Positions 1-10,139 of a DNA stretch of 64,000 nt are shown here, in pieces. The first letter of the stretch is position 1, and each line of letters opens with the position of its first letter. The notes under the pieces are model-generated. The model was given only the letters and a program-made list of their open reading frames with translations, did not search any database and had not been told where the DNA came from. This DNA is from an uncultured Chloroflexia bacterium (lineage in GTDB: Bacteria > Chloroflexota > Anaerolineae > JAAYZQ01), in contig CAVOXA010000001.1 of assembly GCA_963700285.1 (NCBI GenBank), positions 1,760,001 through 1,824,000 of the forward strand, in the 5' to 3' direction. A program made the position numbers and the translations under genes.

Positions 1-1511
1 CACCGGGGCGCTGCATCGTTGGCATGGGTCGTGATCTGTCTCGGATTCGAGCCGTCGGCGTTGGCCACCACCACTCCACACCTGCCCCCGCTCACACAAC
101 CCCGGTATACGATCTGATCGCCCGCCGGCGACCAGGCAGGATACTCCCCCGAGCCAATGTCCCGGCGCCCGGTCCCATCTCGATTGATGACGTGCAGGGA
201 CTTTAGATCGTCGTTGAAGAATGAGATGCGCTCGCCATCGGGGGCAAAAGAGGGGTAGCCGTCCTTGTCCACAGCCGTCAGCGGCTGGTCGTCGTTGCCA
301 TCGGTGTTGACCACCCGTAGGCCGGCCGTGTCGGCGCCCCAGGAGTGATAGACCAGGCGCTGGCCATCGGGTGAAAAGTCCGGATCGCCAGCCTCCTCGA
401 TAAAAAGAGAGACCTGCCCATCCGCAGCATCGGCCAGATAGAGGTCGTATTCTTCCCTATCCTTGTCATAGATGCCCAGGGCCATCCGTCCCTCGACCGG
501 CCCCAATTTTGGCAAAGCGATCCCCTGGCCCGGAAAGACGAGGTTCAGCAGCGCCTGGGTATCCTGCTCTGAAAGGCCCGGGAAAGAGGCGGCGACCACC
601 TGAGGTAACCGTGCCGGAATCACGCCAGGGAACAGAGAGCCGATCATACCCTGCGCCTGCTGAGGCGTGAGCGTCTGCATCTGTGCCGCAATGGCCTGGG
701 GAAGTTGATCGGGTGGTACGCCCGGAAAGGCCGTGGCCACCATGACAGGCAATTGTTCCAGCCCGCCTGCCGGGAGCGCTCCGAGGGCTGGCGCTCCGGC
801 AGCCGGCGCCTGTGTTGGTTGCACGGGCGGAGGAGCCGGAGCTTTGACCTCGACGGTGGGTTGCAGCTCGACCGTAGGAGCATCGATGTCGACGATCGCA
901 GTGGCCGCCGAATGCGCTGGTGGCTGCGGCGTTGGCGTCGCGGCAAGCTCGATAGGGGCGGTCGATGCCGTCAAAGCTGCCGGGCCTGCCACGGCTACGG
1001 TGGGCTCGGGCCCGCCCGGGCGCGTTCTCAGTGCCTGAAACAGGACCAGGGCGACTGCCACGGCTAACACGGCAACTATCGCCACCAGACCCCAGATCAG
1101 GTATCGCTGCCGGCTGTCTTCGGCCGCGGGTCCGTCCTCGGGTACATAATACTCCCGTTCCCAGTCAGTCTCAGGCCCCTCCCCTCGAGCTGGTGCAACC
1201 GCTGCAGACGCGGGGAATGCCATGGTGGCATCGCAGCTCAATATCGTATTCCCGATCTGGACTTGGTCTCCCGGCCGCAGAACTCGAGGCCCTGAGATAC
1301 GCTCGTTGTTGACGAGCGTCCCGTTCACGCTACCCAGGTCCCGGATATAGAACTGGTCGCCCTGCTGGCTGATCTCGGCATGGCTCCGGGATGCCTGGCT
1401 GTCCTCCAGGACAATGTCGTTCGCTGATCCCCGGCCCAGCCGCACAGACGGTCGGTCAACGGGGAACTGTATGCCCGCCTGCGGGCCTCTTTGTACAGTC
1501 AGTACCATCAT
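1..1511 (-). CDS. FHA-domain membrane protein with C-terminal TolB-like (PD40) beta-propeller; 3' end runs off the window
   Basis: Hand translation, absent from the ORF track because it is partial. MMVLTVQRGPQAG...LGRGSANDIVLEDSQASRSHAEI...DLGSVNGT (FHA), TM YLIWGLVAIVAVLAVAVALVLF, Pro/Ala/Thr linker, then PDFSPDGQRLVY / PSFAPDGERI / PAWSPAGDQIVY repeats. Confidence 0.85.
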   Translation of the reverse strand, partial: MMVLTVQRGPQAGIQFPVDRPSVRLGRGSANDIVLEDSQASRSHAEISQQGDQFYIRDLGSVNGTLVNNERISGPRVLRPGDQVQIGNTILSCDATMAFPASAAVAPARGEGPETDWEREYYVPEDGPAAEDSRQRYLIWGLVAIVAVLAVAVALVLFQALRTRPGGPEPTVAVAGPAALTASTAPIELAATPTPQPPAHSAATAIVDIDAPTVELQPTVEVKAPAPPPVQPTQAPAAGAPALGALPAGGLEQLPVMVATAFPGVPPDQLPQAIAAQMQTLTPQQAQGMIGSLFPGVIPARLPQVVAASFPGLSEQDTQALLNLVFPGQGIALPKLGPVEGRMALGIYDKDREEYDLYLADAADGQVSLFIEEAGDPDFSPDGQRLVYHSWGADTAGLRVVNTDGNDDQPLTAVDKDGYPSFAPDGERISFFNDDLKSLHVINRDGTGRRDIGSGEYPAWSPAGDQIVYRGCVSGGRCGVVVANADGSNPRQITTHANDAAPR

Positions 1512-1677
1512 GCAATTCACCGCCTTTCTTAGCATGCCGGACTGGTGCTCAGGGACTGGAGCTTTTGCGACTGGTCTGCGCAGCAGGCTCAGGAAGCAGA
1601 GCCGGCGAAAGAGGCCTGTACGGCCGACCTGCTATCTTATGCTAGCCGCCCCGTGTTCGATGCAGGATGGCGGCGGC

Positions 1678-2280
1678 CTATTGGGGCACTGGCGTTACCG
1701 TCGCCCCAATACGGAGCTCCAGAAGGTCCTTCGGGATCCTGGTAACCACGCCGGGTACCAATTCTTGGATCTGGGCTGGCATTGGCAGAGTGGTCAGTAT
1801 CCCCTCAATCTGGCCCATGGGTTCCGCCATGGGAGGCGCTGGCTCCGGCTGTAGCATGGTGACTAGCAGCAGTACAATGCCGCTCAACGCGACAACCAGC
1901 AGGACAGCGCCTGCGACCATCAAGACCGGGTGGCGTGCAGTGGAGGCTCGATTCCCTCGATGGACCTCCTTTGCCCCAGGGGCGTCTTCCCGTCTATCCC
2001 GCCGGATAGTCAGGATCGCACTGCCTATCGCCACCCGGTCCCCGGCCCGTAGCAGATACGCGCCATCTATGCTCCGGCCGTTGACGTAGGTACCATTTGT
2101 ACTGCCCAGATCACTCAGCACCCAGCCTTGGGAGCCACGCTCTATGCGGGCATGCCGTCGTGAGACTCCCTGATCGCTTAGCACCAAGTCATTCTCAGCG
2201 CCGCGCCCGATGGCCATCACCGGCTTTTTCAGGGCAAAGCCCTGCCCTGAACTGCTCCCCTGCTCAATGACCAGTTGCAC
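1678..2280 (-). CDS. FHA-domain protein with one TM helix
   Basis: IGRGAENDLVLSDQGVSRRHARI...DLGSTNGT FHA motifs; hydrophobic VLMVAGAVLLVVALSGIVLLLV. Confidence 0.9.
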   Translation of the reverse strand: MQLVIEQGSSSGQGFALKKPVMAIGRGAENDLVLSDQGVSRRHARIERGSQGWVLSDLGSTNGTYVNGRSIDGAYLLRAGDRVAIGSAILTIRRDRREDAPGAKEVHRGNRASTARHPVLMVAGAVLLVVALSGIVLLLVTMLQPEPAPPMAEPMGQIEGILTTLPMPAQIQELVPGVVTRIPKDLLELRIGATVTPVPQ

Positions 2281-2340
2281 GCTGCCTCCCGTCGCGACGT
2301 CTACGTCAAGTAGATCCTCGCCCGGCGAAATGTGAGTGGA

Positions 2341-4164
2341 TCAGGTTACCCTGGTGAAAATGAACGCTGCATCGCCAAATCGGACGATGTCCCCATGCTC
2401 CAGGCGGCGGGGATCTTTGACCGGCTCGTCATTCACAAAGGTCCCGTTGGCACTGCCGATGTCAAAGACCACAAAGTCCTGGTCCTCCAGCTTGATCCAG
2501 GCGTGATTGCGGGAAATGGTGGGATCATCCAGGATGATCTGGTTGTCCCGTGCGCGACCGATGTTCGTCATCTCCTGAAGATCGTACTTTTGGCTGGGCC
2601 TGGACTTGTCCACCAACATGGCCACGTACCTGGTCTGGCGTTTGATGAGGCGTGTGCCTCCAGCTTGGGGAATGCCAGGCTCCATAGGGGTGTCAGCGGG
2701 TTGCCCGCCAACAATCGGAGCGGCCGGCGTGGCCCCTGGCCAGGGGGCAGGGAACTGGTCCATGGCACCCTCGGTTGCCGCGTCCATCATCGGCGTCCTG
2801 GGGCCAGCGGTGTCTGCAGCCCAGCCGCCAGCGGATGCACCATACGTAACGTCATATTCTTGGCTATCCAAGTCCTCTTGCTCGTCTCGTCGCCCTCTTA
2901 GCAGAACGATCAGTAGGGCCACGATGAGGATAATGAGGAGCAGGACACCTGCTCCGATCACTATGCCCAGAGAGGGGTTCTCCTGGAAGGCGTCGATGAT
3001 CCTCTCTATCAGGCCAGGCTCTTCCGGAGGCGGTGGCGGGGGGACTGGCTCAACCGGGGCCGTGGTTGGTACCTCTTCCGTGGCCACTGCGACAACTGGG
3101 CCTGTCGTCTGCGCATCTGTTGGCGCCGGCAAGGTGGGTGTTGTCCCAGTTTCAGGCTGCGGGGGTGGTATGGGTCTCAGCGGGTCCTCACTGAACGTGA
3201 ACTTGACCTCGCCGTAGCCTTGTCCCTGGGGGATCTGGGCCCGCACAAGTAGGCTGTGGGGGTTGTCATCCTCCTGTATCCTCGACTGGTAGGTCAGGAC
3301 ATACTGCTCCTTAAGCTGGTTGACGACGTTTTCAAAGAGTGGTGTCAGTTCCTCAGGCTCGGGCGCTTGTTGATAAACCGCTCCCGTTCGTTCGGCCACG
3401 CGATTCAGATACTTTGTGTCAATCCCCCCCAGCCCCACCAGGCCAATGGTAAAGATAGGGATGTTTCGTCGGTTGGCTTCGTTGATGGGATCGTCGGGGG
3501 AGACCTGGCTACCAGCATCCTTGACGGGTGTACCCTGCGCGTTGTCGCGCTCGTCCCGGCCGTCTGTCAACACGACCACCGCCCGCTTGCCCGGCGGTTC
3601 TGCGGCAACCCACTTGACCCCCTTGTAGATGGCATCGTACAAGGGGGTGTCCCACCCGATCTTTTGGTCAAGAAAGTTCACCACATTGCGCACGGCGTTC
3701 TTGTCGGTGGTGAACGCAAGCTCCTTGCCCTCTTCGATATTGGCGGGATCGATGTCGACTTTGTCAGTAAAGGCGATGATAGCTACCCGATCCGTAGGTG
3801 ACAACTGGTCGAGCAGGGCATTGGCTGCCCTCATAGCCTCCTTGATCGGTTTGTCCCTCATGCTGCCACTGATGTCGATCACCATGACAACAGAGATGCC
3901 AGCATCAGGGTTCACTTGGGTCGACACCTGTGCGGGCGGGAATGAGGCCATTCCGTCTTCGACGATCTCAAAGTTCTGCGTGCCTAGACCGGGGATGGGG
4001 ACACCGTTTTCGTTGCGGACCGTCACCCAGGCCTCAGTCACCGGGTGCTGATCCAGGGTCAGTTCGTCGACGGAAAGGTTCACCACACCCTGGGCACTGG
4101 TGGGCAAGGCGCTGACCAGTATCGTCAACAGAATGAGCGTGGCGGCAATCCAACGTTTCTTCAT
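2341..4164 (-). CDS. Signal peptide - vWA domain - Pro/Thr linker - TM - cytoplasmic FHA protein
   Basis: N-terminal signal peptide; MIDAS motif DISGSM...TPLYDAI...LTDG; TM GIVIGAGVLLLIILIVALLIVLL; C-terminal IGRARDN...ISRNHA...GSANGT. Confidence 0.92.
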   Translation of the reverse strand: MKKRWIAATLILLTILVSALPTSAQGVVNLSVDELTLDQHPVTEAWVTVRNENGVPIPGLGTQNFEIVEDGMASFPPAQVSTQVNPDAGISVVMVIDISGSMRDKPIKEAMRAANALLDQLSPTDRVAIIAFTDKVDIDPANIEEGKELAFTTDKNAVRNVVNFLDQKIGWDTPLYDAIYKGVKWVAAEPPGKRAVVVLTDGRDERDNAQGTPVKDAGSQVSPDDPINEANRRNIPIFTIGLVGLGGIDTKYLNRVAERTGAVYQQAPEPEELTPLFENVVNQLKEQYVLTYQSRIQEDDNPHSLLVRAQIPQGQGYGEVKFTFSEDPLRPIPPPQPETGTTPTLPAPTDAQTTGPVVAVATEEVPTTAPVEPVPPPPPPEEPGLIERIIDAFQENPSLGIVIGAGVLLLIILIVALLIVLLRGRRDEQEDLDSQEYDVTYGASAGGWAADTAGPRTPMMDAATEGAMDQFPAPWPGATPAAPIVGGQPADTPMEPGIPQAGGTRLIKRQTRYVAMLVDKSRPSQKYDLQEMTNIGRARDNQIILDDPTISRNHAWIKLEDQDFVVFDIGSANGTFVNDEPVKDPRRLEHGDIVRFGDAAFIFTRVT

Positions 4165-4338
4165 AGTAGTCTCCTCCTCTCAAGAGCCATAGCTACCCAA
4201 TTGGGGCTTGGCCTTTCTAGGACTGGATATCGCTTCTGGGGTCTGGAAAGCAGCGCTAACTACCGCACCCTGGCAGTCATAGCTATCCAGGAAGCGGTCG
4301 CGACAGACCGCCAGCGCACCAGTCAAGACGACGGATTG

Positions 4339-4920
4339 CTACAGTCTCTTGAAAACCAGCGTAGTCTCGCCCACGAGCAAATAGTCGCCATCCTGGAGTT
4401 CATGACGGTACGTGCGGTTTTCCTCGCTCTTGTAGGATTCCTTGTCGCCGATGAATGTCCCATTTCGGGCGCCCATATCGTACAACACGAAAGTGGGCTC
4501 CTTGCCCTCCATGGGCTCGGTACGGATCCTAGCGTGTTGTGCCGAGCATGTCTCATCGCGCACTATGATGTGGTTGCCTGCGACCCGACCCAGGGTTGTG
4601 TTGTCAGGCTTGAGTACGTGTACCGTTCCGATTGAATGGCGATCCGGGCCATCGACCACGACCAGCCAGGCAAAGACGGGAGTTGGCCGCTCACTGATGA
4701 CCATGGTTTGATCCTGGGCCGCCCCCGGATCCTGGTGAGGGGGAGCAGTCGGCGCAAAGCCTTGCCTGGCTCCTGCGCCCCATCCACCCTGATCGCCCAA
4801 CGGGAGGGTGGGCGGCGTCGCCCCCTCCATATTCGCATACTCTGTCTCTCGGTCATCCAGATCAGTTCCCGGCTGGAGCCACGGTTCCTGCCGATTGGGG
4901 GTTGTACGATCTTCTGACAC
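4339..4920 (-). CDS. Soluble FHA-domain protein with long disordered N-terminus
   Basis: LGRVAGNHIIVRDETCSAQHARI...DMGARNGT FHA motifs; AGGAGG RBS upstream. Confidence 0.85.
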   Translation of the reverse strand: MSEDRTTPNRQEPWLQPGTDLDDRETEYANMEGATPPTLPLGDQGGWGAGARQGFAPTAPPHQDPGAAQDQTMVISERPTPVFAWLVVVDGPDRHSIGTVHVLKPDNTTLGRVAGNHIIVRDETCSAQHARIRTEPMEGKEPTFVLYDMGARNGTFIGDKESYKSEENRTYRHELQDGDYLLVGETTLVFKRL

Positions 4921-5001
4921 TGTGTCCTCCTCCCTGTCTCATTGTTGTTCTGTCTGACTACATTCTGGGCAGAAAAGCTCCACCAACCTGCCCTTGCCCG
5001 A

Positions 5002-6684
5002 CTATGGACCCACATCTAGCCTCAGGACATTGTCTCCGATGGCGATCATGGCCCCGGTCCTCAATGGGATCTCGCCATAGACCCTCTGGCTGTCTACCCA
5101 GGTGCCATTCATGGACATGTCCTCCAACCAGTAGCTGCTGCCCCGTAGTACGATTCTTGCATGCTGGCGAGAAATCGCTGGATTCGCTGGGCCAAGGTTC
5201 ATCCGCCCAAGGACCAGGGTCTGATTCGAAAGGGGGATCTGTTGTCTTTCTCGTGGGCCCTGCACGATGGTAAGTCGTGCCTTTTGTGATCCCTTGGGCG
5301 GCACCGAAAAGTCTCCAAAGACACTATGCCCAAGGGCCTTGCCCATCTCTTTGGCCGAGCGATAGCGTTTGCTCCTGTCCTTTTCGAGTGCTCGCATCGC
5401 GATGTGTTCCATCTGCCTGGATACTTGGGCATTCGGGTTCCGCCTCCGGATCGGTTCAGGCCGTTCTTGGAGGTGCTGGCGAATCACTTCCATGGCAGCC
5501 TTGACGTGGTTATCGGTGCGCGGCCGACGGAAGGGAACGCTGCCCGCGAGCATTTCATACAGCACAATGCCCAGGGAGTAAACATCGCTGGCAGGCCACA
5601 CCGGCTCGCCCCGAGCCTGCTCCGGCGAGATGTACTCAGGAGTGCCCACAATCCTATCCCGCGTAACCGTGGAGGCTGAAGTCAGTTTGGCGATACCAAA
5701 GTCCAGAACCTTAACCTTCCAGTCGCCCAGGACCAGGACGTTCTCAGGTTTGATGTCGCGGTGGACTATATCGTTCTCATGGGCAAAGGCCAGCGCTCTG
5801 CACACTTGATCCACGATTCTCAAGATCTGTGGTTCTGGCAATGGTTGTTGCATGATCTTGCGCAGAGACGCGGCATCGACGTACTCCATAACAAGATACA
5901 GTCGGTTGTCCTGACTCTGGCCAAACTTGTGGACATACACAATGTTCGGATGGCCTCTCAGACGAGGCCCGATGCTGTTGCCCTCTTGGACAAATTTGTT
6001 CACCAGATATGGGTTGGTTTCCTGAAGGATCTTGATGGCCACCGTCTCGCCATTTGGGTCGCGTGCCTTGAATACCTCGGACATTCCGCCTCGACCAATC
6101 AGGTTCTCCAGGTAGTAGCCATCAAAGAGTTCTCCCATGACATGTGGCTCTACGGTACGGATAGGTGAGGGAGGAGGTGAAGGCAATGATTTGCCGATGG
6201 TACCAAAGACGAACTGTGATTGCCAGATCTGAATGCGATCGCCGGGTACCAGGACATGGCGCCCTACCCGTTCATCGTTGACCCAAGTTCCATTGGCACT
6301 ATCGCGATCGTAGAGGACGTGCTGCCCGTGCTCTTTCACGATGACTGCGTGGTAGCGCGAGACCATCAGTTCGTCCTCTAGCACAATGCTATTGTCGGGG
6401 TGCCGCCCAATCGTTAATCCCTGGGAGGGGATAGAAAAGCGCTGTTGAGCCAAAGGACCCTGTGTGACAGCCAGCTCGACCGGACTTGCTTCCTGAACTG
6501 CCTGGCCTTGGTTGCTACAGGTAGAACACACGGTGAAACCATTAGGAAGTCGAGCGCCGCACATGGGGCAGCGGTTTGCCCGCTTCTCTCGGGCAAAGAT
6601 CACACTTGCGGCCACAATTGTGGCTAGGAGTGTTGCCGCGGCGAAAATGAACATGACTGTGGATGGGCTGAGCCGTGCCTCCAT
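5002..6684 (-). CDS. TM - zinc ribbon - FHA - Hanks-type Ser/Thr kinase - FHA (start uncertain; ORF is open to 6777)
   Basis: GRGGMSEV, VAIK, HRDIKPEN, DFG, GTPEYISPE kinase motifs; FHA on both sides; CPMCG...CSTC zinc ribbon. Confidence 0.93.
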   Translation of the reverse strand: MEARLSPSTVMFIFAAATLLATIVAASVIFAREKRANRCPMCGARLPNGFTVCSTCSNQGQAVQEASPVELAVTQGPLAQQRFSIPSQGLTIGRHPDNSIVLEDELMVSRYHAVIVKEHGQHVLYDRDSANGTWVNDERVGRHVLVPGDRIQIWQSQFVFGTIGKSLPSPPPSPIRTVEPHVMGELFDGYYLENLIGRGGMSEVFKARDPNGETVAIKILQETNPYLVNKFVQEGNSIGPRLRGHPNIVYVHKFGQSQDNRLYLVMEYVDAASLRKIMQQPLPEPQILRIVDQVCRALAFAHENDIVHRDIKPENVLVLGDWKVKVLDFGIAKLTSASTVTRDRIVGTPEYISPEQARGEPVWPASDVYSLGIVLYEMLAGSVPFRRPRTDNHVKAAMEVIRQHLQERPEPIRRRNPNAQVSRQMEHIAMRALEKDRSKRYRSAKEMGKALGHSVFGDFSVPPKGSQKARLTIVQGPRERQQIPLSNQTLVLGRMNLGPANPAISRQHARIVLRGSSYWLEDMSMNGTWVDSQRVYGEIPLRTGAMIAIGDNVLRLDVGP

Positions 6685-7011
6685 GGGCTTGAAGCCGGAC
6701 CCTTTCAAAGCTGCCATCGACATGCCGAGCCTGAGAACCGCGAGGTTGCGTCCAGTGGGCTTGTTCCTTGAGCACATGCTGCGCGGTTGGCAAGCCGGTG
6801 GCAGGTAGGTGATTACTGACAGTCGATGTGAAACAAGGGCGCCCTTGCCCTAAGCAGCAGTTGGGGACGTTTTGCAGGCATGGACGCCTTTTTTCAAAAA
6901 GGTGGGTGCCTCCCCTCCTTCTCCCGAGAACTGCACATACTCGGGCCGCATCATTCGCTCGTCATCAGGGCGATACGTCAAGAAGAAAAGTGCTCTTGTT
7001 GAGTGATGAAG

Positions 7012-7020
7012 ATTATACCA
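7012..7020 (-). promoter_or_regulatory. Extended -10 promoter element for the FHA/kinase operon
   Basis: TGGTATAAT on the minus strand upstream of the kinase; no good -35. Confidence 0.5.
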
Positions 7021-7038
7021 TCGATAATGAGCGTTGTA

Positions 7039-7220
7039 CGGCTGTTGCAAAGTCGTCATCGCGAGTGTCAGCGCCTGTCCCGAGCATGTCCTGAGTCCGC
7101 GAAGGGCCTGGAGGGAAAGCGATCTCCACTTGTGCCCTGGGGATTGCCACGGCGCAAACAGCGCGCCTCGCAATGACAGATCTGACTGGCAGTGCACGTC
7201 AAGGGACAATGCAACAGCCG
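7039..7220. repeat. Nested palindromic (MITE/REP-like) element
   Basis: Outer inverted repeat CGGCTGTTGCA (7039-7049) / TGCAACAGCCG (7210-7220); inner GTCATCGCGAG (7055-7065) / CTCGCAATGAC (7167-7177). Confidence 0.65.
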
Positions 7221-7308
7221 CATTTTTGCGTTGCGCCAAGAAGCGCAATACCAGTGATGGATCATGATCCTGGTACCTGGCACCGGTTTCGGCAGGGACA
7301 GGGTCTGT

Positions 7309-9252
7309 TCACTCCCAGGAGACGTCGAGCTCTTGGTCCTCGTCCAACAGGCCCTGCCATACTGCCGTCCCGCCCAGCCAGCTCCAACCGGCCGGCGAGA
7401 AAGCAGCCGGCTGCTCGCCGCCGGGCAGAACCACACCGACGCGCAGAGGCAGGGCCTCGGTTCCGGGCTGCTTTTGCACGAGGAGGCTATAGCTCGAGCC
7501 TGTGGTGGCCAAGCTGGGCCGGTAGGTGACCTGGATCTGGCGGGCCTGCCCTGTCTCCAGCAGGAAAGACATGGCGATCACGGTTCGCCCTGATTCTTCA
7601 TAGACTTCGACCGCTCCATCGGCGCCAAGGACCTCGTCTACCTCGCTGCCTGCTGGGACGTAGACCCGTACATAGTCCCAATAGCATCGTTCCAAGAGGT
7701 CGTGGTAACTATCCCCATAACGAGACTCGTGGACACAAGCAGGCATGGGCTTTTCAACGAGATGCCGGTAGCCCAGATTCAGCGTGGCCATGGCCTCGCC
7801 CGCGCCGTCGATCTTGACCTGGTAGTCAATGGTCTGCTCGATGCTGGGGTTCACCTTGTTAAAGCCGACGTTGCTATCCACGACCATCAAATAATCGTCG
7901 CTGTAGGGTCTCAGGGCGCCATCCCACGCCATGCTACCCAGGATGGATCGGGCTGCTGGCTCCTGGGCGTAGATCAGTAGATGACGTTCGTCAATGGCCT
8001 TGCCGACGCTCCGTGACAGGGTGGCCAGATCTTTGAGCGTGGCCTGCTGCATCAGGTGTGGGAGCAGCGCTGACAACAGATCTGCCGCAAAATCCTTGCG
8101 GTGAAGCCACCAGTCAGCGCCTTCCTTGCCAGGTGCAGAAGCCCGAGGCGCCTGCCAGTAGGACATCATCATCTCCTGGAGGTTATCGCTGCTCACTGGC
8201 TCTTCATAGCCGGGCACTTGGATCGGGCCCGTGGCCTGGAGCAGAAGGCTTAGCGTTGTCAGATCTACGGCGATGACGCCGTCCACGCTTTCCCCTTGGT
8301 CCTGGTGGTAGAGGTCTGCGATTGCCTGGGCCGATGTGGGAAAATCGGGCCACCAATTCGCGTCGCGCAGCAGCAGCATCCCAGCTCCCATCAGGCGGCG
8401 CAGCGGTGCCGGAGGCGGTGGGTGGGGCTGGGTCAGATCGTCCACCGTGTAGCTATCCTGGAAGCTCAGGCCAGAAATCAGGCCTGCCTCGAGCTGCAAT
8501 CGGCCGACGCCGCTGATGAAACCCCCAGTGGCCCGTAGCTCCTGGTTATTCTGGGCCACCAGCAGATAGGAGCGCCTGCCATCAGCTCCTAGCAAATGGG
8601 GAAGTATGCGGAGTGCCGCCAATGCATCCTCCAGGGGCGGCAAGTAGCGGTCCAAACGGCTCAACATTGCCGCGGTCCTCGGGGACATCTTCTCTGGCTC
8701 CACCTTCTCGCGCGACTCTGCGGCACGCGTCAGGCTGATCTGAGCGGATTCGACTTGAGGCTGGGCATCAGCCAAGATGCGCACAACCTCCGGTGCCAGT
8801 TTGTTGATACCGGCTTCAGATTGATTCACCTGGTCCACCAACGGTGCGAACCCTTCGCTCAAGGCTTGGCCGGCATCGACGGTGTAGCGGGCGATGGCCA
8901 GCAAGTGGCGGGCTGCCTTCATATCGCCACCGATGACCGGAAGCCAACCGAGGTGTTCGCTCAAGGGCAGGAAGGGCCGGGCCAGGTCCTCCATGGCGGC
9001 CAGGTCCGCGTCAAGGGTGTCCAGTGCACCCCGGAGTATGGTCAACTGGCCGGGTTCCCGTAGGATCCCGATGGCGCCGTTACCTCCGCCTGCCAGCGTG
9101 GCCTCCAGTTGACCCAAGGCGAGTTGGGCCGAGCTGTAGTGGTGGCGGAAGCGTCGGAAGCTGGATGCGCCCAGTGCGAGGGCCGCTACAACAGCCATCA
9201 CCAGCGCCAAGATCAGCACTCGTGTGAGAACGCTCTTGTGGTTGCGCGTCAC
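7309..9252 (-). CDS. DUF4012-family membrane-anchored protein
   Basis: YLLVAQNNQELRATGGFI, RDANWWPDFPTSA, VDGVIAVD and VVDSNVGFNK motifs; N-terminal TM. Confidence 0.85.
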   Translation of the reverse strand: MTRNHKSVLTRVLILALVMAVVAALALGASSFRRFRHHYSSAQLALGQLEATLAGGGNGAIGILREPGQLTILRGALDTLDADLAAMEDLARPFLPLSEHLGWLPVIGGDMKAARHLLAIARYTVDAGQALSEGFAPLVDQVNQSEAGINKLAPEVVRILADAQPQVESAQISLTRAAESREKVEPEKMSPRTAAMLSRLDRYLPPLEDALAALRILPHLLGADGRRSYLLVAQNNQELRATGGFISGVGRLQLEAGLISGLSFQDSYTVDDLTQPHPPPPAPLRRLMGAGMLLLRDANWWPDFPTSAQAIADLYHQDQGESVDGVIAVDLTTLSLLLQATGPIQVPGYEEPVSSDNLQEMMMSYWQAPRASAPGKEGADWWLHRKDFAADLLSALLPHLMQQATLKDLATLSRSVGKAIDERHLLIYAQEPAARSILGSMAWDGALRPYSDDYLMVVDSNVGFNKVNPSIEQTIDYQVKIDGAGEAMATLNLGYRHLVEKPMPACVHESRYGDSYHDLLERCYWDYVRVYVPAGSEVDEVLGADGAVEVYEESGRTVIAMSFLLETGQARQIQVTYRPSLATTGSSYSLLVQKQPGTEALPLRVGVVLPGGEQPAAFSPAGWSWLGGTAVWQGLLDEDQELDVSWE

Positions 9253-9470
9253 CCTCGATGCTCCTGCCGGGTTCTGTTCCGGACCCGCGAATCTACGCAG
9301 TCAGCAGTTCGTTGGCAGCCCCGGGGGCTGGTTTCCTGGTGGCTGGGAGCAACAGATGGGGCCAATTCTCCTTCGGCCGGCAAGCGAGTGCGCGTCAGGC
9401 GCACGCCGGACTTGCAGGGGAGCGTACGGTCTTGGGCTGCTGGAGGCCGGCGCCGCTGGGGACAGGATAG

Positions 9471-10079
9471 CTATGGCGCCCTCCGATCTCGACCGGTAGC
9501 CGGGAGTTCAGCCGGGGGTAGGCCAGCCGCGCCAACCGCAGAACTTGCCTGGCCGCCATCAAACTCGACTGTAGCCTGGTTCAAGATGATCTGCCCGTTT
9601 CGCGCGCCCGGATCCACGCGTGCCGCGATGACGACCAGCGCTATCTGGCCCGCTTCCATGGTACCAACATCGACCAGTACAACCTGACCCTGAACCCGCG
9701 CTGCACCTTGCGATGCCCTGACCTCCAGTGGCTGAAGACCAGGATCGAGGCGATCGAGGAGAAGGATGCTCGTAACGGGTTCGGCCAGAGTGTTGGTGAC
9801 AACCAACCGGATGTTCATCGTCTGTCCTGGTGTGACATCCTGCGGCGCTATCTCCTGTTCAACGATCAAGTCGGCACCTGCCGTTGCCCCTTCGCCCACC
9901 TGTGGAGAGGTACCTTCTCCCGTTGGCGCGGGGATGGTGCGAGGCGTCGGCGTGGGGATCGTCTGAAACAGGCGGTTGGTTGCCTGTACCTGGGATCCCA
10001 GGGCCAGTACCATGACAAGCACGGTTCCTATCAACCCAATGGCTATGGCTCGGTACTCTTTCGAGGTCAGTTTTCGCAT
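9471..10079 (-). CDS. Secreted DUF11-domain protein ending in LPATG
   Basis: Signal/TM at the N-terminus; ADLIVEQEIAP..V.PG..M.I.LVVTN...LLDRLDPGL (DUF11-like); C-terminus ELPATGRDRRAP*. Confidence 0.8.
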   Translation of the reverse strand: MRKLTSKEYRAIAIGLIGTVLVMVLALGSQVQATNRLFQTIPTPTPRTIPAPTGEGTSPQVGEGATAGADLIVEQEIAPQDVTPGQTMNIRLVVTNTLAEPVTSILLLDRLDPGLQPLEVRASQGAARVQGQVVLVDVGTMEAGQIALVVIAARVDPGARNGQIILNQATVEFDGGQASSAVGAAGLPPAELPATGRDRRAP

Positions 10080-10139
10080 ACTACTCGCCCAATCTCTCAT
10101 CAATTGCGTATTCTGACAGGGCGCAGGGGCCAACTACGC

